A stretch of DNA of 64,000 nucleotides from Candidatus Omnitrophota bacterium (GTDB taxonomy: Bacteria; Omnitrophota; Gorgyraeia; Gygaellales; Profunditerraquicolaceae): positions 109,403-173,402 of the forward strand of contig VGKG01000001.1 in NCBI GenBank assembly GCA_016867115.1. Reading direction: 5' to 3'. The translations under genes and the position numbers were made by a program. This document shows, piece by piece, positions 30,566 through 42,313 of this stretch (the stretch's first letter is position 1; each line of letters begins with the position of its first letter). The notes beneath the pieces are model-generated. The model was not told the origin of the DNA. It saw only the letters and a list, made by a program, of their open reading frames with translations, and searched no databases.

Positions 30566-31435
30566 CTATAATCCTGAGGCGTCCAGAACTTTGGGCACGA
30601 CTTTATCCCAGCCGATAGGCATGATATGGATCCCCTGGCACATAGGTATTAACTCTTTGATCAGGCAGCTGGCTATCTCAACGGACCTGGCGACCTTATC
30701 CTTAGTCTCTTCCATCTCCTTGATCAGGTCATCCGGCACAGAGACTCCGGCGACATTCTTATTCATAAAACGGGCCATGCCTGCGGATTTTAAAAGCACG
30801 ATCCCTGCCATCACCGGGACCTTGAGGTGCTTTATTTTATTTAAGAAGCTCTCAAAGACCCTGACGTCGTAGACTGCCTGGGTCTGAAAAAACTCAGCGC
30901 CCGCGGCGACCTTCTTCTCCATCTTGATGATCTGCGGCTCTAAGGGGTCTGCGCCGGGGTTTACCACTGCTCCCAGGCAGAACTTCGGAGGAGCACCTTC
31001 CAGTTTATTGCCCTTCATATCTACGCCCTGCTGCAGGGAGCCGGCGACTTTTAATAACTGCACTGAATCCAGGTCAAATACCGGTTTTGCTTCGGGATGG
31101 TCCCCTAAAGTGGGATAATCTCCGGTGAGGATCAGGACATTCTCAATGCCTAAAGCCGCGGCAGAAAGCAGGTCTGACTGCAGCGCCAGGCGGTTGCGGT
31201 CTCGGCAGGTCACCTGGAATACCGGCTCAAAACCGTTCTGCTTTAATAGACTGCAGACGGCCAAAGAGCCCAGGCGCATCACCGAGCTCTGTAAGTCCGT
31301 GACATTGATCGCATCCACCCGGCCGCGGATCAACTCCGCATCTTCCAGGAGCTTCTTGGTCTCAATGCCCTTGGGCGGGCCGATCTCGGAAGTGACCAGG
31401 AACTTACCGGCCTGAATCTTTTCTTTAAAGGTCAT
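30566..31435 (-). CDS. metF: Methylenetetrahydrofolate reductase (small MetF type)
   Basis: MTHFR TIM-barrel signature (FLVTSEIGPPKG, VTCRDRNR, LILTGDYP); 289 aa. Confidence 0.85.
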   Translation of the reverse strand: MTFKEKIQAGKFLVTSEIGPPKGIETKKLLEDAELIRGRVDAINVTDLQSSVMRLGSLAVCSLLKQNGFEPVFQVTCRDRNRLALQSDLLSAAALGIENVLILTGDYPTLGDHPEAKPVFDLDSVQLLKVAGSLQQGVDMKGNKLEGAPPKFCLGAVVNPGADPLEPQIIKMEKKVAAGAEFFQTQAVYDVRVFESFLNKIKHLKVPVMAGIVLLKSAGMARFMNKNVAGVSVPDDLIKEMEETKDKVARSVEIASCLIKELIPMCQGIHIMPIGWDKVVPKVLDASGL

Positions 31436-31436
31436 T

Positions 31437-32282
31437 TTAGGATTGCTGTAGTTTGGCAGCCTGAATGAGATTGCGCATGAGCATGGTCACGGTCAGCGGC
31501 CCGACGCCGCCGGGAACAGGAGTGATGATCGAGGCGCGCTTAAAGGCCTCCTCGTGCTCCACGTCGCCGACGATCTTATCTTCCACGCGGTTGATGCCGA
31601 CGTCAATGACGATCGCGCCTTCCCTGACCCATTCGCCCTTGATCAGGCCGGCCTTGCCTACGGCTACGATCAAGACCTCGGCGCGCCTGACATGCTCTTC
31701 TAATTTTCCTGCTTTACTGGTGCCGATGTGGCAGACCGTAGTCGTGGCGAACCTTTCCAGTAATAAAAGCGCCAGGGGCTTGCCCACGATCTCGCTGTGG
31801 CCGACGACCACCACTTCTTTTCCGTAAAGGTCTACGCCTGTTGCCTGCAAGAGCTCCATTACTGCCTGGGCAGTGCAGGGGATCAGCTTTGCCTTACCGA
31901 AAACGATCTTTCCGATGTTCACAGGATGCATGCCTTCGATATCTTTATCGGGTGAAATGAACTGGCTGATCTTTTTGTAGTCGATCTGCGGCGGAAGAGG
32001 CATCTGGATGATCACGCCGTTTACTGAAGAGTCGGCATTCATTTTTTGGATCGTCTCAATCAATGCCGCTTCAGAAGTATCTGCGCCCAGCTTCTGGAAT
32101 TGATAATCTATACTTAAGTTTTCGGCGTTCTTTTTCTGCTGTTTAACATAGGCCTCGGCACCGGCGTTTTCTCCGACCATGATCGAGACCAGGACCGGCT
32201 TCTTTTTCATGCCGGCTACTTCTGCTTTCAACTCCTCTTTGATCTTTTCTGCGATAGGCTTACCCTCTAATAATTTTGCCAA
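31437..32282 (-). CDS. folD: Bifunctional methylene-THF dehydrogenase / methenyl-THF cyclohydrolase
   Basis: FolD signature (QMPLPPQID, VVVGHSEIVGKPLALLL, PVPGGVGPLTV); 281 aa. Confidence 0.9.
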   Translation of the reverse strand: MAKLLEGKPIAEKIKEELKAEVAGMKKKPVLVSIMVGENAGAEAYVKQQKKNAENLSIDYQFQKLGADTSEAALIETIQKMNADSSVNGVIIQMPLPPQIDYKKISQFISPDKDIEGMHPVNIGKIVFGKAKLIPCTAQAVMELLQATGVDLYGKEVVVVGHSEIVGKPLALLLLERFATTTVCHIGTSKAGKLEEHVRRAEVLIVAVGKAGLIKGEWVREGAIVIDVGINRVEDKIVGDVEHEEAFKRASIITPVPGGVGPLTVTMLMRNLIQAAKLQQS

Positions 32283-32820
32283 CTTTCTCCTCCGTATCCA
32301 TGCGTATTTTCTTAATGGCTTCTTCTTTTATAGACAGCTCTTTTCTTAATGACGCAGTCAGCTCCTTGTCGCCGATGAACTTAAGGTTTATCCCCACATT
32401 AAATAAAGCTGCGGCGAATGCCGCTTCAAGGAGTATGGCAGCGCAGGCTACGTCGCTGATCAGGTTGATATTACCTTTAGTGATCAGGCCGGGGCAAAGC
32501 TCTATCGCCTCCTGACAGAGGCGGCAGACCAGGAGCGGCACATTCAGGCACTCCTTTAAGTCTTTACTCTTATAGGCGGTGACATCCAGGTCTACCAGTT
32601 TCAGGAACTCAGCCCTCAGCCTCTCGGACTTCTCAAGGAGCACGGTCAACTCCTCTTCATATTCGGCATACTTAGGCTTGCCCAGGGTGAAGTTAATGAC
32701 CATGCTAATGAGGCCCGTGCCTAAGGCTGCGTTAAAAGCCGCGGCCGAACCGCCGCCCGGAGCCGGAAGTTTTGCCGCCAGATCATCCAGGTATTTTTTT
32801 AGGGATTCGTCTTTATACAT
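32260..32820 (-). CDS. fchA: Methenyltetrahydrofolate cyclohydrolase / cyclodeaminase-family protein (FchA-like)
   Basis: Hallmark PAPGGGSAAA motif; 186 aa; embedded in the C1 cluster. Overlaps folD by 23 nt. Confidence 0.8.
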   Translation of the reverse strand: MYKDESLKKYLDDLAAKLPAPGGGSAAAFNAALGTGLISMVINFTLGKPKYAEYEEELTVLLEKSERLRAEFLKLVDLDVTAYKSKDLKECLNVPLLVCRLCQEAIELCPGLITKGNINLISDVACAAILLEAAFAAALFNVGINLKFIGDKELTASLRKELSIKEEAIKKIRMDTEEKVGKIIRG

Positions 32821-32821
32821 T

Positions 32822-34516
32822 TTAAGCTAATCCTATGATATTTCCTTTTTCGTCAATGTCAATATCTTCTCCCCGCGGATGGCTCGGCAGGCCGGGCATG
32901 GTCTGGATCCTGCCGCAGACAGGAATAATGAAACCTGCGCCCAACGCGGCACGGATATCCCTCACCGGCAGGATGAATCCGGAGGGCGCGCCTTTCAGCT
33001 CCGGATCATGCGATAAAGAAAGGTGCGTCTTAGCCATGCATACAGGAAGGTTATTCCAGCCGCGCTGATTAAAGACCCTGATCTTTTCTTCGGCAGCCGC
33101 GGAATATTCTACATCGCCTGCCCCGTAAACCTTTGTAGCGATGGCCCTGATCTTCTCCTTAAGCGGCGCTTCGAGCGCATAAAGATAATTGAACTTTTTA
33201 GGCTGCCCGGAAAGCCGGATGACGCTTTTTGCCAGCTCCACCCCGCCTTTGGAGCCTTTCTGCCAGACTTCACTGACCTGGCAATCCCGCGCCCCGAATT
33301 CAAGTGAGCTCTTTCTGATCAAATCTATCTCTTTCTCTGTGTCGGTGTCGAATTTATTCACCGCCACTACCACCGGAATACCGAAGAGCGAGATATTCCC
33401 GATCTGCTTCTTGAGGTTTGCCATTCCCTTTTCCAGCGCTTCAAGATTTTCCTGTTTCAGGCACTCTTCAAGGGGCTTACCCGGCACGACTTTACAGATC
33501 CCGCCGTGGGCTTTGAGTGCGCGCACAGAACAGACGACCACCGCTACATCGGGTTTAAGGCCGGCAGTGCGGCATTTGATATCAAAAAACTTCTCCGCCC
33601 CGCAATCCGCGCCGAAACCGGCCTCAGTGACCACGAACTCCGAAAGCGCAAGCGCCAGTTTATCCTGGATGATGGAGCTATTGCCGTGGGCAATATTGGC
33701 AAAGGGGCCGGTATGCACAAAACAGGGCGTATTTTCGATAGTCTGGATGAGATTGGGCCTGATCGCATCTTTTAATAATACTGCCATGAGCCCGGCGACT
33801 TTGATGTCTTCGGTGGTCACGGGATTACCTTTCAGGTCTTCGGCGATCACCACCCGCGAGAGGCGCCTGCGCAGGTCCCTGGCGTCTTGGCTTAAGGCAA
33901 GGATAGCCATGATCTCAGAACTGGCAGTGATATCAAAACCGCTGTCGCGCACAAAGGCGTCCTGATGCAGGCCCTCGCCGATCTTCACCTTTCTTAAGAA
34001 TCTGTCGCCGATATCCATGACCCGGCGCCAGTAGACCTTATTCGGGTCAATACCGAAGGGATTATTCCGGTAAAGCGAATTATCCAGGAACGCGGCGGTG
34101 ACGTTATGCGCCAGGCCCACTGCGTGCGCATCGCCGGTAAAATGCAGGTCAAAATCCTCGCGGGGCAGGACCTGGGAATAGCCTCCGCCTCCGGCGCTCC
34201 CTTTGATGCCAAAGACCGGCCCAAGCGAAGGCTGGCGGATACAGACCGAAGATAATCTCTTTAATCTGTTCAGGGCCATGGCCAGGCCGATGGTGGTCAC
34301 GGTCTTGCCTTCGCCTAAAGGCGTCGGGGTAATAGCGCTGACTAAAACATACTTGGCCCGGGGATTATCTTTTAATCTGCCTAATAAATCGAGGTCGATC
34401 TTGGCGATGTATTTGCCGTGCGGGATGAGGTATTTTCTGGGCAGCCTGAGTTTTGCGGCGATCTTTTCAACGGGGAGGATTTTTGCGTTTTGTGCGATCC
34501 TGATGTCGGAAAGCAT
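32822..34516 (-). CDS. fhs: Formate--tetrahydrofolate ligase
   Basis: PTPLGEGKTVTTIGL P-loop and full-length FTHFS homology; 564 aa. Confidence 0.95.
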   Translation of the reverse strand: MLSDIRIAQNAKILPVEKIAAKLRLPRKYLIPHGKYIAKIDLDLLGRLKDNPRAKYVLVSAITPTPLGEGKTVTTIGLAMALNRLKRLSSVCIRQPSLGPVFGIKGSAGGGGYSQVLPREDFDLHFTGDAHAVGLAHNVTAAFLDNSLYRNNPFGIDPNKVYWRRVMDIGDRFLRKVKIGEGLHQDAFVRDSGFDITASSEIMAILALSQDARDLRRRLSRVVIAEDLKGNPVTTEDIKVAGLMAVLLKDAIRPNLIQTIENTPCFVHTGPFANIAHGNSSIIQDKLALALSEFVVTEAGFGADCGAEKFFDIKCRTAGLKPDVAVVVCSVRALKAHGGICKVVPGKPLEECLKQENLEALEKGMANLKKQIGNISLFGIPVVVAVNKFDTDTEKEIDLIRKSSLEFGARDCQVSEVWQKGSKGGVELAKSVIRLSGQPKKFNYLYALEAPLKEKIRAIATKVYGAGDVEYSAAAEEKIRVFNQRGWNNLPVCMAKTHLSLSHDPELKGAPSGFILPVRDIRAALGAGFIIPVCGRIQTMPGLPSHPRGEDIDIDEKGNIIGLA

Positions 34517-34897
34517 CTAAGAAGCGAACCTTTCGTCTAACTCAAAAGCGCTTTTCAATAAGACAGGCTTCGGTTTATCCTCCGAAGCGTCGATTGAGAC
34601 TACGTCAAACCTGGCCTTTTTGTCGAGGAACTTATTTTCTTTAAGAAAGATGAGTGCGGTTTTAGCGATCTTGCGTTGTTTGACCCAGGATACCGCTTCA
34701 AATCCCGTGCCGAAGCGCGTCGAGCTCCTTGTCTTTACTTCGATGAAGCTGATTACTCCCCGGTCCTCGGCGATGATATCTATCTCCCCGGCCCCGGTCT
34801 TGAAATTACGGGCAAGGATCCGGTATCCGTTTGCCTTTAAGAGCCTTACCGCCTCTTCTTCGCCGTATCTGGCCAGGGTGATTCTTTCTTTAGTCAA
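34517..34897 (-). CDS. yraN: YraN-family (UPF0102) endonuclease
   Basis: GEIDIIAED...FIEVKTR motif; 126 aa. Conserved rnhB-yraN synteny. Confidence 0.8.
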   Translation of the reverse strand: MTKERITLARYGEEEAVRLLKANGYRILARNFKTGAGEIDIIAEDRGVISFIEVKTRSSTRFGTGFEAVSWVKQRKIAKTALIFLKENKFLDKKARFDVVSIDASEDKPKPVLLKSAFELDERFAS

Positions 34898-35510
34898 AGC
34901 TGAAGCTCTTTCTGTGGATCGGACTCACACCCAGGCGCCTGATCGCGCCTACATGAGCCCGCGTCGGATAGCCTTTGTGTTTGATGAATCCGTATCCGGG
35001 ATAAACCCCGTCATAAAAATCCATGATCTGGTCGCGGATGACCTTGGCCAGGATCGAGGCCGAGGCGATGGATTTAGACCTTGCGTCTCCGTTAATAATA
35101 GGAGTGGAAGCGTAACCGGTATCCAGCCCCATGTTCCCGTCCACAATGATGTGAATAGAGCCTCTCCTGCGGCCGAGCTTATCCAGGAGTACGGCTACTG
35201 CCTGCTCCATGGCCAGGCGCGTCGCCTGCAGGATATTTATCCGGTCAATGGCCTTTTCATTGACGATGCCGACGCCAAAGACGCACTTGTCTATGATCTC
35301 AAAGAAGGCCCGCTCTCTTGCCAGGGGCGTGAGTTTCTTAGAATCGTCGATGCGGTTCCTGAAACGGTTTGCTTTAAGCAGCACGGCAGCTGCTACAACC
35401 GGCCCGGCCAGGGGGCCGCGGCCCGCCTCGTCTACTCCGATAACGCACTTAATACCCTGCTTCTTAAGTTTATGCTCGAAGTACAGCACTCTGGGATCAG
35501 TCTGGGTCAA
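34890..35510 (-). CDS. rnhB: Ribonuclease HII (start codon uncertain: TTG at 35510 or an internal GTG)
   Basis: GVDEAGRGPLAGPVV catalytic motif; 206 aa. Confidence 0.85.
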   Translation of the reverse strand: MTQTDPRVLYFEHKLKKQGIKCVIGVDEAGRGPLAGPVVAAAVLLKANRFRNRIDDSKKLTPLARERAFFEIIDKCVFGVGIVNEKAIDRINILQATRLAMEQAVAVLLDKLGRRRGSIHIIVDGNMGLDTGYASTPIINGDARSKSIASASILAKVIRDQIMDFYDGVYPGYGFIKHKGYPTRAHVGAIRRLGVSPIHRKSFSFD

Positions 35511-35571
35511 TAGTCGATAGTGTATTGCGAAATCTTTCTGCCATAGACCACAGACAATAGACTATAGACCC
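35504..35571. repeat. Heptamer-repeat intergenic element, copy A (GGG-TCAATAG-TCGATAG...AATAGACTATAG-ACCC with a 35-nt insert)
   Basis: Shares both termini (gggtc.atagtc.atag / atagactatagaccc) with the 35-nt element at 58835-58869. Lies between rplS and rnhB. Confidence 0.45.
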
Positions 35572-35574
35572 GGG

Positions 35575-35931
35575 CTATTTAACTTCCTTTTTCTCTTCTA
35601 TCTTTGTCGCATGTTTTCCGATTTTGCCGCGCAGGTAATAGAGCTTGGCGCGCTTGACCTTGCCCTGGCGCAGGACTTCGATGCGTTCGATATTCGGGGA
35701 GTAAAGCGGAAAAACGCGCTCAATGCCTTCGCCGAAAGAAACTCTCCTGACGGTGAAGCTCGTATTTACCCCGCTTCCCGCCCTGGCGATCACCACCCCT
35801 TCAAAAGGATGCAGGCGCACCTTATCGGGACCCTCAAGGGTCTTGGTAAGGACCTTGACTGTATCGCCGACATTAAATTTAGGCACCTCTTTTTTAGTAT
35901 ATTCCTGTTCCACGATCTTCAATTTACTCAT
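35575..35931 (-). CDS. rplS: 50S ribosomal protein L19
   Basis: L19 signature ([26 protein letters not shown]); 118 aa. Confidence 0.9.
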   Translation of the reverse strand: MSKLKIVEQEYTKKEVPKFNVGDTVKVLTKTLEGPDKVRLHPFEGVVIARAGSGVNTSFTVRRVSFGEGIERVFPLYSPNIERIEVLRQGKVKRAKLYYLRGKIGKHATKIEEKKEVK

Positions 35932-36646
35932 TTGTGATTTCTCCTCTCTTGCGTTTTTTCTTAAGCAGGTCCGGCCTTCTCTGCCGGGTCCTTTCTAAGG
36001 CTTCTTTTTTTCTCCAGGACTCTATTTTCTTATGGTCTCCGGATAAAAGGGTCGGGGGGACCGTCATCCCCCTGAAATTTGCAGGCCTTGTATAGTGGGG
36101 ATATTCTAATAGATTACCCTCAAACGACTCAAAGTTCAAGGAATTTTTGTCGCCCAGGACCCCAGGGACCAGGCGCACCAGTGTATCCACCAGGACCATG
36201 GCCGGCAGCTCTCCTCCGGTCAGGACATAATCTCCGATCGAGACCTCTTCATCCGCCAGAAATTGACGCACCCGCTCATCCACGCCCTCGTAATGGCCAC
36301 AGATGAGGATCAGCTGCTTATATCTGGCTAATCTTCTCACTGCCTGCTGATCCAAACGCTTACCTTGAGGACAGAGTAAAATAGTTCTCTGGTTCTTTGG
36401 TTCTCTAGTTCTTTGGTTCTGTTTTATTGCTCTGACTGCGTCAAAGATCGGTTGCGCGGACATGACCATGCCGCTTCCGCCGCCAAAGGGGCGGTCGTCC
36501 ACCTTGCGGTGCCTGTCTTGCGTGAACTTGCGCAGGTCATGGACGAATATCTTAACCCTGCCCTTGGCCTGCGCCCGCTTGATGATCGATTCCTCAAGCA
36601 CCGGGGCGAACATCTTGGGGAAGATAGTGATTATGTCGACACGCAT
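35924..36646 (-). CDS. trmD: tRNA (guanine37-N1)-methyltransferase (start trimmed to [10 protein letters not shown])
   Basis: TrmD knot motifs ([25 protein letters not shown]). The ORF-track N-terminal extension lacks homology. Contains a 13-nt tandem repeat encoding a [11 protein letters not shown] insertion. Confidence 0.85.
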   Translation of the reverse strand: MRVDIITIFPKMFAPVLEESIIKRAQAKGRVKIFVHDLRKFTQDRHRKVDDRPFGGGSGMVMSAQPIFDAVRAIKQNQRTREPKNQRTILLCPQGKRLDQQAVRRLARYKQLILICGHYEGVDERVRQFLADEEVSIGDYVLTGGELPAMVLVDTLVRLVPGVLGDKNSLNFESFEGNLLEYPHYTRPANFRGMTVPPTLLSGDHKKIESWRKKEALERTRQRRPDLLKKKRKRGEITNE

Positions 36647-36746
36647 ATTAATTGTACGCAGTATACAGTATGCTGTACGCAGGGGGAACGAACTACTTGA
36701 CCCGGTATACTGCCTACTGCATACTGTCTGCACTCATCCTTATTGC

Positions 36747-38860
<2,114 letters not shown>

Positions 38861-38883
<23 letters not shown>

Positions 38884-39985
38884 CGGTCTGCGGATAATAG
38901 TGTTTAAGGATCTGTTCTGCGCTGTAGCCCTGTTTTGCCATAAAATAGGCTCCCCACTGGCAGAGCCCTGCGCCGTGGCCCCAGCCAAGGCCTTCAAAGA
39001 CCGCGTGGTCCTTCAATACGATGACGCTGAAATTATTGCTGCGGATGATATTCGGTCCGATCAGATGCCGGAAGTCCTTGGCCGGGACTTTAATGTCTCC
39101 GAGGACCGATGAGACTAATAGCTCCTTCACCCGGCCGGAGCCGTTCCTGTCGATGACCAGGATATCCTTGATCTCGCCTACCCTCAATCCGGAAGCATTG
39201 AGCTTTGACTTCACCTCGGAGAGGGGCAGGACATTGTGCCACCTAAAATGCGGCGAATCCTTGCAGAAACCACAGGCTACGCCCTTAAGGCACGGCAGGT
39301 CCACGTTCCAGAGCAAGGAGGCGTCTTCCGTACGCCCGGCGCAGGTGGCATGAAAATACGCCGGGATCACTTTATCTTTAAGAGTAAGGACCTCTCCCCG
39401 TGTCGCATCTACCGCGCGATTGGTGCGGTGGCGTTCCGAAGAGCTTCCCCCATAGACCTGAGAATAGATGTCCGAGGTCACGTCAAAATCTCTGTGTTTA
39501 TTCTCTCCGCTTGAATAGAGCGCATAAGTACGGCAGACTATCGCCTGCGCCTTTAAGGCCTCTACCGGCCAGTAATGCGAGACCTCATGATACAGGATGC
39601 CTTTCACATAAGGCTCAAGCTCCACCCGGTTGATCACAAGGAGCTTGCCGTTTGTGTCTATCCTGAACTGCACGTCCCCGCGGTAGGCGCGGCCGTTGAT
39701 GGCCACCTCGTCAGGGTCGCTGGATTTCAGAGTCACCTTATAGGCATTGAACTTGTCTTTTCCGATAAGGATGCCCCCTCCGTAAGACGAGACGAGGCTG
39801 TTGAGGTTCTTTGCGCGCAGAAGCGTCTTTTCGCCTCTGGCGTCTTTGACCTCGTAGGAACCCTTAATCTTGATGCGCAGGGATTCCGCATCGCGGATGA
39901 TCAATACCCGGATGTATTTCGGCTCTGCGGAAAAACAACTGACAGCCGAAAAGAGGAAAATAAGGGCTAAAAGTGTCCTTTTCAT
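38861..39985 (-). CDS. SpoIID/LytB-domain protein (secreted; start trimmed to the signal peptide MKRTLLALIFLF)
   Basis: SpoIID/LytB domain including the cysteine block CAGRTEDASLLWNVDLPCLKGVACGFCKDSPHFRWH. The ATG at 39985 overlaps the queH TGA (ATGA). Confidence 0.75.
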
Positions 39986-40527
39986 CCGATCAGCGCTTTG
40001 GCGGTTTTCTGCCCCCGCTCCGTCTCCGAATAGATACAGCCGCAATATTTCTGGCAATAGATGCCCTTTGACTTTACTTCGTCGTGCGCTTCCCTGAATC
40101 CCGGACGGAAATCTTCTTTATAAAACTCAACACCCGTCGCGGCCGCAACTTCCTCTGCGATCCTTATAAGCTCTTTCTGATCCTGATAAGGACTGACTAA
40201 AAGCGTGGTCGTAAAATGCGTGAAGCCCTTATCTTTCGCGGTTTTCGCGGTATTCCCTAATCTTAGCCTCCAGCAAAGAGAGCATCTTCCCGGAGCTTCT
40301 TCTTTCAAGTTCACCGCCTGGAAAAAATCCTGCGGACGGTATTCCGGGACGGACATTTCGATATCCGTAGAGACCATGCGCAGCGCCTCCAGTCTATTCT
40401 TATATTCGCTAAAGGGATGGATATTCGGGTTGTAGAAATAACCGGAGACAATGAATCCTGATTCCTTCAGGCGCCTGAGGGGAAAAATCAAACAGGGAGC
40501 GCAGCAGGTGTGCAGTAAAAGCTTCAT
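39982..40527 (-). CDS. queH: Epoxyqueuosine reductase QueH (DUF208)
   Basis: HTCCAPC N-terminus and conserved Cys pattern; 181 aa. Clustered with tgt and queA. Confidence 0.8.
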   Translation of the reverse strand: MKLLLHTCCAPCLIFPLRRLKESGFIVSGYFYNPNIHPFSEYKNRLEALRMVSTDIEMSVPEYRPQDFFQAVNLKEEAPGRCSLCWRLRLGNTAKTAKDKGFTHFTTTLLVSPYQDQKELIRIAEEVAAATGVEFYKEDFRPGFREAHDEVKSKGIYCQKYCGCIYSETERGQKTAKALIG

Positions 40528-40530
40528 GCC

Positions 40531-41580
40531 TTAAAACATCTGTTCCTGTTTTTCGTATTTGATGCCGAAATGTTCGTAAGCAAGTTTAGTGGCCTGGCGG
40601 CCGCGCGAGGTGCGCTTCAGGTATCCGGCTTTTAAAAGATATGGCTCAACCGTATCGGCGACAGTATCCGTTTCTTCGTTAAGGCTGGCGGCAATGGATT
40701 CGATCCCCACCGGCCCGCCGTTGTAAGTCTCTAAGACAAGGCGCAGGACCTTGCGGTCCAGGTCATCCAGGCCTGCCTTATCGATCCCTAAGTCATCCAG
40801 CGACCTGGCTGCGGTGGCATGGTCTATCCTGGTAATCTTATGCACCTGCGCAAAATCCCTTACCCGGCGCAGGAGCCGGTTGGCCACGCGCGGGGTGCCG
40901 CGGGACCTTCTTGCGATCTCTTCTGCCGCAGCGTCTTCAATATCCAGGTTCAGGATTTTGGCTGAGTTCTTAACGATGCGGGCTAAGTCTCCGATGGAAT
41001 AAAAATCCAGGTTGTAGAATATCCCGAACCTTCCCCTTAAAGGCGCAGCCAGCAGACCGGTGCGGGTGGTCGCGCCGACCAGGGTAAAGGGCTTGAGGTT
41101 AAACTTGATAGTCCGGGCAAACTGGCCCTTATCGATGATAAAATCGATCTGAAAGTTCTCCATCGCCGGATACAGGAACTCCTCCACCACCTTGGAGAGG
41201 CGGTGTATCTCGTCGATAAAAAGGATGTCTCCTTTTTCAAGATTGGTGAGGATCCCGATCAGGTCTCCGGCGCGCTCTATCGCCGGGCCGCTGGTGGCGG
41301 TGATCTTGGTACCCATCTCATGGGCCACAATGTGGGCAAGCGAGGTCTTCCCCAGGCCCGGAGGCCCGCTTAAGAGCAGATGCTCAAGCGGCTCCTTCCT
41401 CTGTTTTGCCGCGGCAATAGCGATCTTCAGGTTCTCGGCGACCTCTTTATGGCCGACAAACTCCAAGAGTTTTCTCGGCCTTAAAGAGAGGTTCAGGACC
41501 ACATCCTCTTCGGTCTCTTTAATCTGGACCGGCTTCTGGTTGTTGCCCTTGATCAGGGCCTTCCTCGTCTCTATGTTCAT
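40531..41580 (-). CDS. ruvB: Holliday junction branch-migration ATPase RuvB (5' end may be the internal GTG at 41502)
   Basis: AAA+ Walker A motif GPPGLGKT; sensor motifs; winged-helix C-terminus; 349 aa. The ORF-track start overlaps scpA by 62 nt. Confidence 0.9.
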   Translation of the reverse strand: MNIETRKALIKGNNQKPVQIKETEEDVVLNLSLRPRKLLEFVGHKEVAENLKIAIAAAKQRKEPLEHLLLSGPPGLGKTSLAHIVAHEMGTKITATSGPAIERAGDLIGILTNLEKGDILFIDEIHRLSKVVEEFLYPAMENFQIDFIIDKGQFARTIKFNLKPFTLVGATTRTGLLAAPLRGRFGIFYNLDFYSIGDLARIVKNSAKILNLDIEDAAAEEIARRSRGTPRVANRLLRRVRDFAQVHKITRIDHATAARSLDDLGIDKAGLDDLDRKVLRLVLETYNGGPVGIESIAASLNEETDTVADTVEPYLLKAGYLKRTSRGRQATKLAYEHFGIKYEKQEQMF

Positions 41581-42313
41581 AGGGGGTAATATTGTTTTTG
41601 TTGCGCATGATCTCTATGTCCTGGAATAGCTCCTTCTGGAAGCAGACGATCTCTTTCATGCGGATGAGTTCTAAGATCGCCAGGAACGTGACGATCACCT
41701 CGAGCTTATTCTTCGCCTTGCCGAAGAGCTCGGAGAGCTTTACGCTCGGGGCAACCAGGAGAAGATGCAGCAGGTCATGCACCTTCTCTTCCACGGTGAA
41801 CTCATCCTTGATGACCTCATAAAAGGTCTCCTTGGGTATGTCCTTGAGCGCCCGGGAAAAGGCGTTGATCAGGTCAAAGATGCTCGCCTCAAAGTATTTT
41901 TCCTCTTTGCCCTCGGTGATCTCCTTAGCCAGCTCCACCTTCGGCCGCTTGAAGACCTCGCGCTGGTCGATCTCGCGCTTATGCAGCTCTTCGGCGATCT
42001 CCTTGAACTTTTCGTATTCCAAAAGCCGCCTGACCAGCTCTTCGCGCGGATCCTGCTGCTCCTCTTCCGGATTAAGCGACGGCTCAGCCGGCAGGAGCAT
42101 CTTGGATTTGATCTGCATCAGGGTCGCTGCCATCACCAGGAACTCTCCGGCGATATTCAGGTCGAGCATCTGCATCAGGTTCAGGTACTGCAGGTACTGG
42201 TCAGTGACCTTGGCAATGGGGATATCGTAGATATTAAGGTGGTCTTTTTTGACCAGGTACAAAAGCAGGTCCAGCGGCCCTTCGAAGATCTCTAATTTTA
42301 TCTTGTAATTCAT
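41519..42313 (-). CDS. scpA: Segregation and condensation protein A
   Basis: ScpA N-terminal motif LEIFEGPLDLLLYLVKK; 264 aa. Confidence 0.85.
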   Translation of the reverse strand: MNYKIKLEIFEGPLDLLLYLVKKDHLNIYDIPIAKVTDQYLQYLNLMQMLDLNIAGEFLVMAATLMQIKSKMLLPAEPSLNPEEEQQDPREELVRRLLEYEKFKEIAEELHKREIDQREVFKRPKVELAKEITEGKEEKYFEASIFDLINAFSRALKDIPKETFYEVIKDEFTVEEKVHDLLHLLLVAPSVKLSELFGKAKNKLEVIVTFLAILELIRMKEIVCFQKELFQDIEIMRNKNNITPYEHRDEEGPDQGQQPEAGPD

